Below, piece after piece: positions 10,357 through 20,205 of a stretch of 64,000 bases of DNA. Location of the stretch: NCBI GenBank assembly GCA_050916045.1, contig CP051526.1, forward strand, positions 3,968,001-4,032,000, written 5' to 3'. Position 1 is the stretch's first letter; every line of letters begins with the position of its first letter. Source of the stretch: Tepidisphaera sp. (GTDB lineage: Bacteria > Planctomycetota > Phycisphaerae > Phycisphaerales > UBA1924). The notes beneath the pieces were generated by a model. The model did not search any database and was not told the origin of the DNA. It saw only the letters and a list, made by a program, of their open reading frames with translations. The position numbers were made by a program, and so were the translations under genes.

Positions 10357-10764
10357 ATGAACCCCGAGCCCGACGCCGAACCATCCAGCCCGCCGCAGCC
10401 CCCTCGGAGCAAGCGGACGCGGCGTCAGCGCCTCGGCGAACCCCGCACCGTCGTGCTCGTCGTGGGGGTTCTCATCGCCGCTTCCATCATCCCGCTCCTC
10501 ATCGGCCCGCTCACAGCGCTCCCGGGCCAGATCGCCCTGGCGGTGGCTCTGTTCATCGGCGTGCTGGTCGCGATGTCGATCAAGCGCGAAACCGACCGCA
10601 TCCGTCGTCAGGAAGAAGAACGCTCCGCTCCGCGCTGCCACTTCTGTGGCCGCCGCTACGACGAACCCCTCGAGGAATCCGCCCGCGAACCCGCCGCCCG
10701 ATGCCCCGAATGCGGCCGACCGACGGTCGAAAGCCGGAGCGGCGACCCCGCGGACCGGGCTTAG
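10357..10764 (+). CDS. Two-TM membrane protein with C-terminal zinc ribbon
   Basis: Two hydrophobic helices, then CHFCG...CPECG. Confidence 0.7.
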   Translation: MNPEPDAEPSSPPQPPRSKRTRRQRLGEPRTVVLVVGVLIAASIIPLLIGPLTALPGQIALAVALFIGVLVAMSIKRETDRIRRQEEERSAPRCHFCGRRYDEPLEESAREPAARCPECGRPTVESRSGDPADRA

Positions 10765-10834
10765 AGTTCCCCATGACGCTCCCGCGGGCTGCACCCTCCC
10801 TGATCCCATCGCGGTCATCGAAGGCGAGTCGCCC

Positions 10835-11299
10835 GTGAGTGAGAACCTCGGCACGGCGAACAGCGGCCGGAGCGCGATCACTTCATCCCCTTCGCCCTCC
10901 CGCCGAACGACCCTGATGGTGGTTGTTTCCGTCATCGCCGCGCTGTTCCTCGCGCTTCGCGCCTTCCGCGAGGTTGTCCCCATCGGCGCTTCCCCCATCC
11001 CCTGTCTCTTTGCGCGAGTCGAAGGCGGCGAACTCCGCGATCCGAGCGGCGCCCACCGTTTCCGCGTGACATTCAACGACGCGGGAGCGACACACTCCGG
11101 CAACCACTGGTGCTGGATCTCAAGCTACTCCGTCCTCTCGGGCTGGCGGGTCGTCTTGGAGGGCTACGTCGGCCCCGAGCACGCCGTCTCGGGCGAACCA
11201 CTTGAGATCGATTGGTCGACGCCGAAGGTAATCCGCGTGGAGTTCCGCGAAAGCCGGTACGCCCATGAGCAGCGCGTATGGAAAGAAGCGAACTGGTGA
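10835..11299 (+). CDS. Hypothetical membrane-anchored protein
   Basis: Single TM (LMVVVSVIAALFLAL) followed by a beta-rich domain. Start uncertain. Confidence 0.5.
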   Translation: MSENLGTANSGRSAITSSPSPSRRTTLMVVVSVIAALFLALRAFREVVPIGASPIPCLFARVEGGELRDPSGAHRFRVTFNDAGATHSGNHWCWISSYSVLSGWRVVLEGYVGPEHAVSGEPLEIDWSTPKVIRVEFRESRYAHEQRVWKEANW

Positions 11300-11305
11300 G
11301 ACGGC

Positions 11306-12769
11306 CTACTTCTTCGTCGCAAACGGAAGCGTGTCCGGCGTGATGAACACCCGCGTCGTCACCGTAAAGGGAAGCACCGGATTTCCCGACGCGAACGTCG
11401 CTTCCATCATGAACGCACGAAACCCCGTCGCCGGAGCTTCGACCGTCGCCGAATACACAAGCCCCGTCGAGTCCGAAGCCACCACTTCGCTCGACGTCCA
11501 CGTCCGACCCGTCTGATCGATCCGGAAATCCCTGGCTTTCGCATCGCACTGCCAGAGCAGGACCCGCTCGGGCTTGACGTCCGCCTTCGCCGTCACGACG
11601 CTCTTCCCGTTCTCCGCCGTGAGCGTCCACGTCAACTCAGGCCGCTGCTTGCCCTCGACGAACATGGTGTAGAACGCCAGGATCTCAAACGGAGCCATCG
11701 ACCCCGCAAGGTTGTGCCCCGCGTTCGGCACGCTCCGTACCCGCCACTCGCCGCTCAGCTGCTTCTCGTAGTGCTGGAACGAATCCGTCGGGAAGAACTC
11801 ATCGCCCGTCGCGGTCACGATGTACTTCGGCACGCGTTCCACAAACTTCATGTACGCGAGCGGATCCTCGTGCGCGATCACCTTGTTCAGCTCCGGCGTG
11901 CCGAACTTCTTGTCGATCCCGTTGGCGACGTAGTCCCGCAGGGCCGGGGCCCAGAACCCGTAGCTCGCCCAATGGTGCGGCGTCTGAGCCTCCATGTTGA
12001 GCACATCGATCACGATCGGCGCGATCGCTTTCACGCGAGGGTCTACCGCCGCGATCAGCCACGTCGTCCACCCGCGCTTGGAAGCCCCGGTGACGAAGAA
12101 CCCCTCCAGCTTCATCCCCTTGTCGATCACCTTGCCCTCAAGCTTCGCCGGTGAAAGGTCGCGGCCGGCGAGAAACTGCTCGGTCGCATCCATCGCCCGC
12201 TTGACGGCTTTCACCATCGGAAACCGGCCGATCCACCGCGCATCATCGTGCTTGATCGCGAGGTTCCACGACTGCGACAGGAGGTCGTCCTCGCGCCGCG
12301 GCTTGCCGTCCTCGATCGCGAGCGGTTGGTTGGGAATGTTGTCCACGGCGCAGCACACCGCGCCCGAAGCCTGCACCAGCCGCATGAACTCCGCCCGCGC
12401 CGGCGTCCGCGGCTCTTCCCGCCTCGACCCGCCGTCGATCAGCATGATCGGAACCGTCCGCCGCACCGCATGCGGCACCCCGACCGTCAGCCAGTGCGTC
12501 CACACCGGCTCGCTCACCTCGGCCGCCGTCCGCCACCGCTGCGACGTCAGACGGATGTCGTAAAGCGTCATCCCCTCCAGCGGCGTCGTCCGCACCAGTT
12601 CCCACTTGAACGCGCCATCATCCTCGGCGACGTACTTGCCAAGTGCCGACTCCGCAGCGGTCTGGACCGACGAAGGCGCGCCCTCGGAAAGCCTGAATGC
12701 AGGCTCCGGCTGGGCAACGCACACGGAAACCGCAAAGAGACTCGGCAGAAGCAGAAGGTGAGTAAGCAT
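11306..12769 (-). CDS. PqaA-type (PhoPQ-activated pathogenicity-related) alpha/beta hydrolase, secreted
   Basis: LTSQRW, WTHWL, FPMVKAV, nucleophile elbow GASKRGWTTW, GDEFF and PNAGH. Signal peptide. Confidence 0.85.
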   Translation of the reverse strand: MLTHLLLLPSLFAVSVCVAQPEPAFRLSEGAPSSVQTAAESALGKYVAEDDGAFKWELVRTTPLEGMTLYDIRLTSQRWRTAAEVSEPVWTHWLTVGVPHAVRRTVPIMLIDGGSRREEPRTPARAEFMRLVQASGAVCCAVDNIPNQPLAIEDGKPRREDDLLSQSWNLAIKHDDARWIGRFPMVKAVKRAMDATEQFLAGRDLSPAKLEGKVIDKGMKLEGFFVTGASKRGWTTWLIAAVDPRVKAIAPIVIDVLNMEAQTPHHWASYGFWAPALRDYVANGIDKKFGTPELNKVIAHEDPLAYMKFVERVPKYIVTATGDEFFPTDSFQHYEKQLSGEWRVRSVPNAGHNLAGSMAPFEILAFYTMFVEGKQRPELTWTLTAENGKSVVTAKADVKPERVLLWQCDAKARDFRIDQTGRTWTSSEVVASDSTGLVYSATVEAPATGFRAFMMEATFASGNPVLPFTVTTRVFITPDTLPFATKK

Positions 12770-12838
12770 GCGAGCAAGCATAGTGTCGGTCGCCTTCGGC
12801 ACACCGTCAACGTCCATGCGCTCTCCAAACAATCGAGC

Positions 12839-13339
12839 ATGCTCACCCGACCCGTCCATCTGGTGCACTTTGATCGGCGCTGGAGCCAACCCGTTCGCCT
12901 CGCCCAAGCCGGGTTCGGGTTCTTTGCGTTCATACTCCTCGGATTCGCCACGCTCATGGCGCTCATCGAGATCGGAACGAGCCCTCGCTTCTCTCGCACC
13001 GCCCTGATCGTCTGGGCTGGCTGCACGGTGCTTGAGACGCTCCACGTGTACGTGCTTGCACGGTTTCCCGGACGCTCGACGAAGAAATCGTGGCTGATCT
13101 TCATCGCGGCGATTCTCGCGATGATCTGGAACAACTGGAACGTTGTCGCGGACCCACGAGCCAAGGTCTTTCTCACTTCGCTCGCGATCGGCGGAGCCCT
13201 TTGGATTGGAATGATGCGCCTCATGTCCATCGGCTTGGGGAACTGGCTTCACGACCGGCCGGTGTACTCGTGGATCGTCGCGGCAATCGCTTGGCTGCCG
13301 CTGGTTGCTTATGTGATTGTCCTCGTTCGAATCCCCTGA
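12839..13339 (+). CDS. Hypothetical multi-TM membrane protein
   Basis: About 5 hydrophobic segments, lower GC than neighbours, fills the gap between pqaA and acnA. Confidence 0.55.
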   Translation: MLTRPVHLVHFDRRWSQPVRLAQAGFGFFAFILLGFATLMALIEIGTSPRFSRTALIVWAGCTVLETLHVYVLARFPGRSTKKSWLIFIAAILAMIWNNWNVVADPRAKVFLTSLAIGGALWIGMMRLMSIGLGNWLHDRPVYSWIVAAIAWLPLVAYVIVLVRIP

Positions 13340-13486
13340 ACGACCCACTCGAAGAAGGATTCGTCCCTTCCATCCATAAACAATGATTATTCGTGAGGTA
13401 ATCGGCATCGATTCGATTCATGCCGATACCAGTGTACTGTTCATCGTTCCCCCCACGGTTCACCTGCTTTCGAAGGAGATTCCCCC

Positions 13487-16270
13487 ATGTCCACCTCCCC
13501 CCGCCCCGACCCCTTCCAAGCCCGCCAGTCCTTCAAGACCGCCCACGGCACCTACAACTACTTCTCCCTCGCCGCTCTCAACAAGGTCGGCAAGGTCGAC
13601 AAGCTGCCCTACTCGATCAAGGTCCTCCTCGAGAGCATGCTCCGCAACCTCGACGGCTTCATCGTCACCGCCGACGACGTCGCCGGCCTCGCCAACTGGA
13701 ACGCGAAAGCCCCCGCGAAGGAAGAAATCCCCTTCATGCCCGGCCGCGTCGTCCTTCAGGACTTCACCGGCGTCCCCTGCGTCGTCGACCTCGCCGCGAT
13801 GCGCGACGCCATGAAAGCCCTCGGCGGCGACCCCAACCTCATCAACCCCCTCGTCAAGTGCGACCTGGTCATCGACCACTCCGTGCAGGTCGACGCTTTC
13901 GGCTCGGGCCAGGCTCTCACCATCAACGCCGGCAAGGAGTTCGAGCGCAACAACGAACGCTACGAGTTCCTCAAGTGGGGCCAGCAGTCCCTCAACAACT
14001 TCACCTGCGTCCCCCCCGCCACCGGCATCGTCCACCAGGTCAACCTTGAGTACCTCGCTCCCGGCGTCCTCACCCGCGAGGACCGCGCCACCGGCGAGAC
14101 CGTCGCTTACCCCGACTCCTGCGTCGGCACCGACAGCCACACCACCATGATCAACGGCCTGGGCGTCGTCGGCTGGGGCGTCGGCGGCATCGAAGCCGAA
14201 GCCGTCATGCTCGGCCAGCCCATCTACATGCTCACCCCCGAAGTCATCGGCATGCGCCTCAAGGGCAAGCTCCCCGAAGGCACCACCGCCACCGACCTCG
14301 TCCTCACCGTCACACAGATCCTCCGCAAGAAGGGCGTCGTCGACAAGTTCGTCGAGTTCTTCGGCGAGGGCCTCGCTTCCATGTCCGTCCCCGACCGCGC
14401 CACCATCGCCAACATGGCTCCCGAATACGGCGCCACCATGGGCTTCTTCCCCGTCGACCAGGCCACCCTCGACTACATGAAGTTCACCGGCCGCGACGAC
14501 GCCACCGTCGCCCTTGTCGAAGCCTACTGCAAAGCCAACGGCCTCTTCTGGACCCCCGGCTCGCCCGAGCCCGAGTTCACCGACGTCCTCGAACTCGACA
14601 TGTCCACCGTCCAGCCCAGCCTCGCCGGCCCCAAGCGCCCTCAGGACCGCGTCGAACTCAAGAACGTCAAGTCCGAGTTCTTCAAAGCCATGGCCGCTCC
14701 CCTCGGCAACACCTCCTTCGGCATGCCCGCCGACAAGATCTTCGGCTCCGTCGGCACCGTCAAACACGCCGACGGCACCACGCCCAGCAAGATCACCCAC
14801 GGCGCCGTCGTCATCGCCGCCATCACCTCCTGCACCAACACCTCCAACCCCGACGTCCTCATCGCCGCAGGGCTCGTCGCTCGCAAAGCCCGCGCCCTCG
14901 GCCTCACCCGCAAGCCCTGGGTCAAAACCTCCCTCGCCCCCGGCTCCAAGGTCGTCACCGCCTACCTCGACAAAGCCGGCCTCTCCGCCGACCTCGACGC
15001 CATCGGCTTCAACACCGTCGGCTACGGCTGCACGACCTGCATCGGAAACTCCGGCCCCCTCCCCGAAGAGGTCGACGCCGCGATCAAGGAAGGTGACCTC
15101 TGCGTCGCTTCCGTCCTCTCCGGCAACCGCAACTTCGAAGGCCGCGTCCACCAGAACGTGAAAGCCAACTTCCTCGCCAGCCCGCCCCTCTGCGTCGCCT
15201 ACGCCATCGCCGGAAGCGTCGCCATCGACCTCGCCACCGAACCCCTCGGCACCTCCAAGAACGGCAAGCCCGTCTTCCTCAAGGACATCTGGCCCTCCCT
15301 CAAGGAAGTCCAGGACACCAAAGCCCAGTGCCTGAATCCCGAACAGTTCCGCAAGGAATACGGCAACGTCTTCAACGGCAACACCCAGTGGAACGCCGTC
15401 CCCGTCTCCAAGAGCGAGCAGTACAAGTGGAACCCCGCTTCCACCTACATCCAGCACCCGCCCTACTTCCAGGGCATGTCCGCCAAGCCCACCACGCCCG
15501 GCGCCATCCGCGGCGCCCGCGTCCTCGCCGTCATGGCCGACAGCGTCACCACCGACCACATCTCCCCCGCCGGTGACATCGCCGAAGCCAGCCCCGCCGG
15601 AGACTACCTCAAGTCCCTCGGCGTCCGCAAAGCCGACTTCAACTCCTACGGCTCACGCCGCGGCAACGACCGCGTCATGACCCGCGGCACCTACGCCAAC
15701 GTCCGCATCAAAAACGCCCTCGCCAAGGACCCCGCCTCCGGCAAGATCAAGGAAGGCGGCTGGACCCGCGACATGTCCAAAGCCGGCTCCGGCAAGATTG
15801 ATTTCATCTACAACGCCTCGATGAACTACCAGAAGGAAGGCACGCCCCTCATCGTCCTCGCCGGCAAGGACTACGGCATGGGCTCCTCTCGCGACTGGGC
15901 CGCCAAAGGCACCCTCCTCCTCGGCGTGAAAGCCGTCATCACCGAGTCCTTCGAGCGCATCCACCGCTCCAACCTCGTCGGCATGGGCGTCCTCCCCCTC
16001 AACTTCACCGACGGCCAGAACGCCGCAAGCCTGGGCCTCACCGGCGAAGAGACCTTCGACATCCACGTCCCCGTCAGCGCCGAAGGCCTCATCGAACCCC
16101 GCTGCGAAGTCAAGGTCATCGCCACCCGCGCCGACGGGTCCAAAGTCGAGTTCACCACCCGCTGCCGCATCGACACCCCCGTCGAAGCCGAGTACTACAA
16201 GAACGGCGGCGTCCTCCACACCGTCCTCCGCCGCCTCCTCAACGAATCCCGCAAACCCGCGATGGCGTAA
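13487..16270 (+). CDS. acnA: Aconitate hydratase A
   Basis: [52 protein letters not shown] and [10 protein letters not shown]. Strong SD GAAGGAG. Confidence 0.98.
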   Translation: MSTSPRPDPFQARQSFKTAHGTYNYFSLAALNKVGKVDKLPYSIKVLLESMLRNLDGFIVTADDVAGLANWNAKAPAKEEIPFMPGRVVLQDFTGVPCVVDLAAMRDAMKALGGDPNLINPLVKCDLVIDHSVQVDAFGSGQALTINAGKEFERNNERYEFLKWGQQSLNNFTCVPPATGIVHQVNLEYLAPGVLTREDRATGETVAYPDSCVGTDSHTTMINGLGVVGWGVGGIEAEAVMLGQPIYMLTPEVIGMRLKGKLPEGTTATDLVLTVTQILRKKGVVDKFVEFFGEGLASMSVPDRATIANMAPEYGATMGFFPVDQATLDYMKFTGRDDATVALVEAYCKANGLFWTPGSPEPEFTDVLELDMSTVQPSLAGPKRPQDRVELKNVKSEFFKAMAAPLGNTSFGMPADKIFGSVGTVKHADGTTPSKITHGAVVIAAITSCTNTSNPDVLIAAGLVARKARALGLTRKPWVKTSLAPGSKVVTAYLDKAGLSADLDAIGFNTVGYGCTTCIGNSGPLPEEVDAAIKEGDLCVASVLSGNRNFEGRVHQNVKANFLASPPLCVAYAIAGSVAIDLATEPLGTSKNGKPVFLKDIWPSLKEVQDTKAQCLNPEQFRKEYGNVFNGNTQWNAVPVSKSEQYKWNPASTYIQHPPYFQGMSAKPTTPGAIRGARVLAVMADSVTTDHISPAGDIAEASPAGDYLKSLGVRKADFNSYGSRRGNDRVMTRGTYANVRIKNALAKDPASGKIKEGGWTRDMSKAGSGKIDFIYNASMNYQKEGTPLIVLAGKDYGMGSSRDWAAKGTLLLGVKAVITESFERIHRSNLVGMGVLPLNFTDGQNAASLGLTGEETFDIHVPVSAEGLIEPRCEVKVIATRADGSKVEFTTRCRIDTPVEAEYYKNGGVLHTVLRRLLNESRKPAMA

Positions 16271-16308
16271 TACCTTTCGTCCTCCACCAAGTGAACAAAA
16301 CCCAGCGA

Positions 16309-16347
16309 GCCGGGGCGTGTCGCCCCGGCCTTTTCTTTCTCTTCTTT
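16309..16347 (+). terminator. Intrinsic terminator / REP-like hairpin after acnA
   Basis: GCCGGGGCG-TGT-CGCCCCGGC followed by CTTTTCTTTCT. Confidence 0.8.
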
Positions 16348-16380
16348 CGTTGCGATCTTCATTCCCGTATGCTCCGCCAA

Positions 16381-16446
16381 ATGCCCACCGCCTGGCACCT
16401 CACCATCGGCACCTACGGCATGCGCCTCCACGGCGTGCACGCATGA
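16381..16446 (+). pseudogene. 5' remnant of a Y1/RAYT-like tyrosine transposase
   Basis: [18 protein letters not shown](VHA*) resembles the N-terminal 'xH/F-I/L-T-xx-TYG-xx-LHG' motif of planctomycete Y1 transposases. TATGCT box 7 nt upstream, REP-like hairpin adjacent. Confidence 0.55.
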
Positions 16447-16456
16447 GACCCCCCGC

Positions 16457-17212
16457 ATGACGACCCTCGACCGCGACCGCTTCTCCGCCATCGCCCACGC
16501 CACGCACGAGATCTGCAACCCGATCTCCGCGGCCAAGGTCGACCGCGTCATCGGCCTGCTCGAACTCGCGCCGGGCTCGCGCGCTCTCGATATCGGCGCC
16601 GGCAAAGCCCAGATCCTCGCCCGCGCCTGCAACCGCTTCGACCTCGCGGGCACCGCCATCGAACGCTCACCCCTCATGGCCCAAGCCTGCCGCGACACCG
16701 CCTCCCGCCTCTGGCGCGGCTCCGTCGAAGTCCTCGAATCCGACGCCGCTCCCGCTTGCCAAGCCTTCGCACCCGCGTCCTTCTCGCTGATCCTCTGCAT
16801 CGGTTCCTCCCACGCCCTCGGATCCGTCGACCAGACCCTCACGACCGCTCACACGCTGCTCGCTCCCGGCGGCTGGCTCATTCTCGGTGAGGGCTATTGG
16901 AAGCGTGAACCCTCCGCCGACTTCCTCGCCGCCCTGGGCTCGACACGCGATGAACTCCGCACCCACGCCGAGAACATCGAACGCCTCGAAGCCGCAAGCT
17001 TCACGCCCCGCTGGGCCTGCACCGCAAGCGACTACGACTGGGACGAGTACGAGTGGCGCTACTCCTTCAACATCGAGTCCCACGTCGAGAAGAACCCGAC
17101 CGACCCCGACGCCCAAGCCATGCTCAAACGCTCGCGCGAGTGGCGCACCATCGCCCAACGCTGGGGCCGCGATACGCTCGGATTCGGGCTGTATCTGGCC
17201 CGTAAAGCCTAA
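16457..17212 (+). CDS. Class I SAM-dependent methyltransferase
   Basis: LDIGAGKA motif I, LILCIGSSHA, LAPGGWLILGEGYW, and C-terminal DTLGFGLYL. Confidence 0.88.
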   Translation: MTTLDRDRFSAIAHATHEICNPISAAKVDRVIGLLELAPGSRALDIGAGKAQILARACNRFDLAGTAIERSPLMAQACRDTASRLWRGSVEVLESDAAPACQAFAPASFSLILCIGSSHALGSVDQTLTTAHTLLAPGGWLILGEGYWKREPSADFLAALGSTRDELRTHAENIERLEAASFTPRWACTASDYDWDEYEWRYSFNIESHVEKNPTDPDAQAMLKRSREWRTIAQRWGRDTLGFGLYLARKA

Positions 17213-17231
17213 TCCCCTACGCTCAGCGGTC

Positions 17232-17651
17232 ATGACGCCAGTCACCAACATCATCTTCGAACAACCCATCGCCTGGGGCGAAATGGACGCTCTCGGCCAC
17301 GTCAACAACGTCGCCTACTTCCGCTACATGGAGTCCGCCCGCGTCGCGTTCCTCCTGCGCCTGGGCATCGACCGCCTCCGCATGGCCGGTGGCGTCGGCG
17401 TCATCCTCCAATCCGCCACCTGCCGCTTCCGCAGGCCCGTCGTCTACCCCGACACCCTCCTCATCTCCTCCCGCGTCACCGCCATCGAGACCGACCGCTT
17501 CACCCTCGAGCACGAGATGACGAGCAAAGCCCTCGCCGATGTCGTCGCCATCGGCCACGGCGTCATCGTCGCGTACGACTACGCCAAGGGAGCGAAAGCG
17601 AAACTCCCCGATGACTGGGCAACTCTCCTGCGAAACCACCTGCATACCTAG
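17232..17651 (+). CDS. Acyl-CoA thioesterase (4HBT/YbgC family)
   Basis: WGEMDALGHVNNVAYFRYMESAR and CRFRRPVVYPD. Confidence 0.92.
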   Translation: MTPVTNIIFEQPIAWGEMDALGHVNNVAYFRYMESARVAFLLRLGIDRLRMAGGVGVILQSATCRFRRPVVYPDTLLISSRVTAIETDRFTLEHEMTSKALADVVAIGHGVIVAYDYAKGAKAKLPDDWATLLRNHLHT

Positions 17652-17660
17652 GACTCGCTT

Positions 17661-18536
17661 ATGCCCGCCTGGCTCTTCGTTCTGGTTCTTGTCTTGTCGG
17701 CGATCCTGGGCAATTTCTTCGTGCCGTCCGTAATTCTGTGGGGAATCGGTCGTCTGCTCCGCACCTCCGCACTGTCAATCCGCCGAATCCTCGCCTTCGC
17801 CAGTCTCCTCTTCGTCGTCGAGCTCTCGCTCTATGTGACGCTTTTCCTAAGCGGCGTTGAACTGATCGAACCCGAGTCGATCGGGCTCGCCCTCGGCATG
17901 GTCATCTTCGGAACGCTCACGAGGATCGCGGTCATCAAACTGTCGCTCCGATGCGGCATTCTCCGAGCGTGTTTGGTCGCCCCGGCCGTGATCGTGCTTC
18001 AACTTGGGATCGTGCTGGTCGCCGGAATCCCGTTCCGAATGAACCTCATTGATCTCTACCAAATACCCACCGAATCGATGTCTCCAACCATTCCCGCCAA
18101 GGGTCGAGTCATGGCGGATCGAACGCTCAGCCCACAAAGATGGGACCTCGTCGTGCACGAATCGATCACCGAGCCAGGACTGTTCTATGTCAAGAGAGTC
18201 ATCGGGCTTCCTGGAGAACTGATCGAGATCCTGCCCGACGGACCGCGTGTCGACGGAAAGCGGATCGAGCTTCCTCCCGAACTCCAGAACCAGCAATGGC
18301 ACCTCACGCCCGAAAACTCCGGCGCTCCCCCCACTCTTGTCCTGAACTCTCCCGTTCAATTGACGGAAGGCGAGTTCTACACCGTCGGCGACAATCTGCT
18401 CCGAAGCTTTGATTCACGATATCAGTCAGCGCTCGCAAGCCCCACGGCCAACCCGGGCGCCATTCCCGCGAACAAAGTCGTTGCTGTCGTTCGGCTTGTC
18501 TATCGCCCCATCTCCTCCGTGCGGTTCTTCCGCTGA
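17661..18536 (+). CDS. lepB: Signal peptidase I with an extended multi-TM N-terminus
   Basis: IPTESMSPTI (catalytic Ser), YVKRVIGLPGE (Lys) and GDN...SFDSRY. Confidence 0.85.
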   Translation: MPAWLFVLVLVLSAILGNFFVPSVILWGIGRLLRTSALSIRRILAFASLLFVVELSLYVTLFLSGVELIEPESIGLALGMVIFGTLTRIAVIKLSLRCGILRACLVAPAVIVLQLGIVLVAGIPFRMNLIDLYQIPTESMSPTIPAKGRVMADRTLSPQRWDLVVHESITEPGLFYVKRVIGLPGELIEILPDGPRVDGKRIELPPELQNQQWHLTPENSGAPPTLVLNSPVQLTEGEFYTVGDNLLRSFDSRYQSALASPTANPGAIPANKVVAVVRLVYRPISSVRFFR

Positions 18537-18587
18537 CGCGCAACGTGCATTCAAGACCCTTCGCACGTTCCGATGCACAATGCGGTC

Positions 18588-19316
18588 ATGCAACCACTCT
18601 CCCGCCGCGCGTTCGTCCTTTCCACTTCTGTGCTGCTTGCCGGCTGCGCCGCCGCTCCGCGAGCATCCGCCGACGTCACGCTTCTCAGCCAGCCGACCGT
18701 CATCGACCCCGCCCGCGTCGGTCTTGGGTTCTTCTCAAGCTCGCACGCCCGCCCCACCCGCAACTTCAAGCGAGGCGATGACTTCCGCCTCTCCGCCTCC
18801 GCCGAGCTCACCCGCATCCGCTGGTGGGGCCTGAGCGAAGGCCGCCTCTTCGACGACCTCCGCAACTTCGACCAGTACACCATCGAGCTCTACGAAGGCG
18901 TGCGCGATGGCAGCGCTCAGCCCCTCCCCGGCTCGCTCATCTGGACCGCGATCTTCGCCCCCGCGAACCTCTCGATCACCGCCACAGGCCGCGTCTCAAG
19001 CACCAGCGGCGCCGCCGAACACCTCTACGAAGCCTCGCTCGCTTCACCCGTCACCCTCGACGCCCACCGCGACTACATCCTCGCCGTCAGCGCCCGCTCC
19101 ATCAACACCCGCGGCGACGCATGGCAGTGGCAGGACAGCGAGTTCTTCGGCGGTCACGGAGCCAACTACTCCTACGCCTCCGCCCGCTGGTCCGCGTTCC
19201 AGGACACCGACAGCGCCTTTGAACTCATCGGCCGAACCGTCCCCGCCCCCGCCGCGATCAGTCTCGCCGGTCTGGCGTTGGCATGGCGCACATCGCGTCG
19301 CGCTCGCGGCGCATGA
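18588..19316 (+). CDS. PEP-CTERM (VPAP-type) surface protein
   Basis: N-terminal SRRAFV...LLAGC. C-terminal VPAPAAISLAGLALAWRTSRR (motif, TM, Arg cluster). Confidence 0.75.
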   Translation: MQPLSRRAFVLSTSVLLAGCAAAPRASADVTLLSQPTVIDPARVGLGFFSSSHARPTRNFKRGDDFRLSASAELTRIRWWGLSEGRLFDDLRNFDQYTIELYEGVRDGSAQPLPGSLIWTAIFAPANLSITATGRVSSTSGAAEHLYEASLASPVTLDAHRDYILAVSARSINTRGDAWQWQDSEFFGGHGANYSYASARWSAFQDTDSAFELIGRTVPAPAAISLAGLALAWRTSRRARGA

Positions 19317-20133
19317 CCCGCTCAAATTCTCCCGGCGTCACGCCCACGCTCCGACGAAACCACCGCGTCAGATGCGACTGATCCGAGAATCCGCACTCGC
19401 TCGCAAGCCGCGCGATCGACCGCCCCTCGCACGCAAGCTCCCGCGCCGCACGCCCAAGCCGCACCCGACGGTGATACTCGCCCACGCTCACGCCGTACTG
19501 CGCCGAAAAGCTCCGCGCCAGATGCGCCCGGTTCACCCCCGCATGCTCCGCAAGCTCCGCCAAGGTCGGAAGCTCTCCCTCATGAAGCCGGTCGCGAACC
19601 GCGCCAAGCCACCGCGCCCGCGCATCGCCGCGGTCACGCCATCGCACCCCCGCCGCCAAAAGCTCAAACCCGATCGACTCCACAGCAAGCGGAGACGAAG
19701 CATCCGAATCACGCACCTCGCGAAGCAGCCTCAGGCCAAGACCCACCGCTTTCGCCTGATCGATCCCCTTGCCGTCCGGATCATCCGCCCCCTCGACCTC
19801 ATCACGCCACGCCGACTTCGGAAAGACCAGATGAAGCGTGCGAAACCCCGTCCGCCCGCACGCGAATGAATGCTCGCGCTCGGGCGCGAAAAGCTCGATC
19901 GCCCCCGCGCGCGACTCCACCTCCGCCCCCGCATACGTCCCGACCCCCGCGCCCGCCAAGTTGAAGTCCACCGACCCCTGCTCGTGCGCATGCACACCCT
20001 GCCGAAACGTCGACGCGTACTGCTTGAGCTTGGCCACAAACACCCCGCCCGCCACCTGGCGCAGCATCGTCCACCCCTCGCCCCGATCCAAAGCCTGCGC
20101 CCGTGCTTGACGTTGCGGAGTTTCGTGCGTCAC
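19258..20133 (-). CDS. AraC-family transcriptional regulator
   Basis: Cupin HAHE, then LAELAEHAGVNRAHLARSF and CGFSDQSHLTRWFRRSVGVTPGEF. Start is 20133 or 20067. Confidence 0.88.
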   Translation of the reverse strand: MTHETPQRQARAQALDRGEGWTMLRQVAGGVFVAKLKQYASTFRQGVHAHEQGSVDFNLAGAGVGTYAGAEVESRAGAIELFAPEREHSFACGRTGFRTLHLVFPKSAWRDEVEGADDPDGKGIDQAKAVGLGLRLLREVRDSDASSPLAVESIGFELLAAGVRWRDRGDARARWLGAVRDRLHEGELPTLAELAEHAGVNRAHLARSFSAQYGVSVGEYHRRVRLGRAARELACEGRSIARLASECGFSDQSHLTRWFRRSVGVTPGEFERVMRRERDAMCAMPTPDRRD

Positions 20134-20205
20134 GAAGGGATGTACGGATCCGCCACGGCGCAGTTTCACAAACCCGCCGTGCGCACAAACCTTCCGTCCG
20201 AAAAC

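Noticed and set aside
13378..13397. Fur-box-like AATGATTAT upstream of acnA
   Set aside because: Only about half of the 19-bp consensus matches and it is not palindromic.
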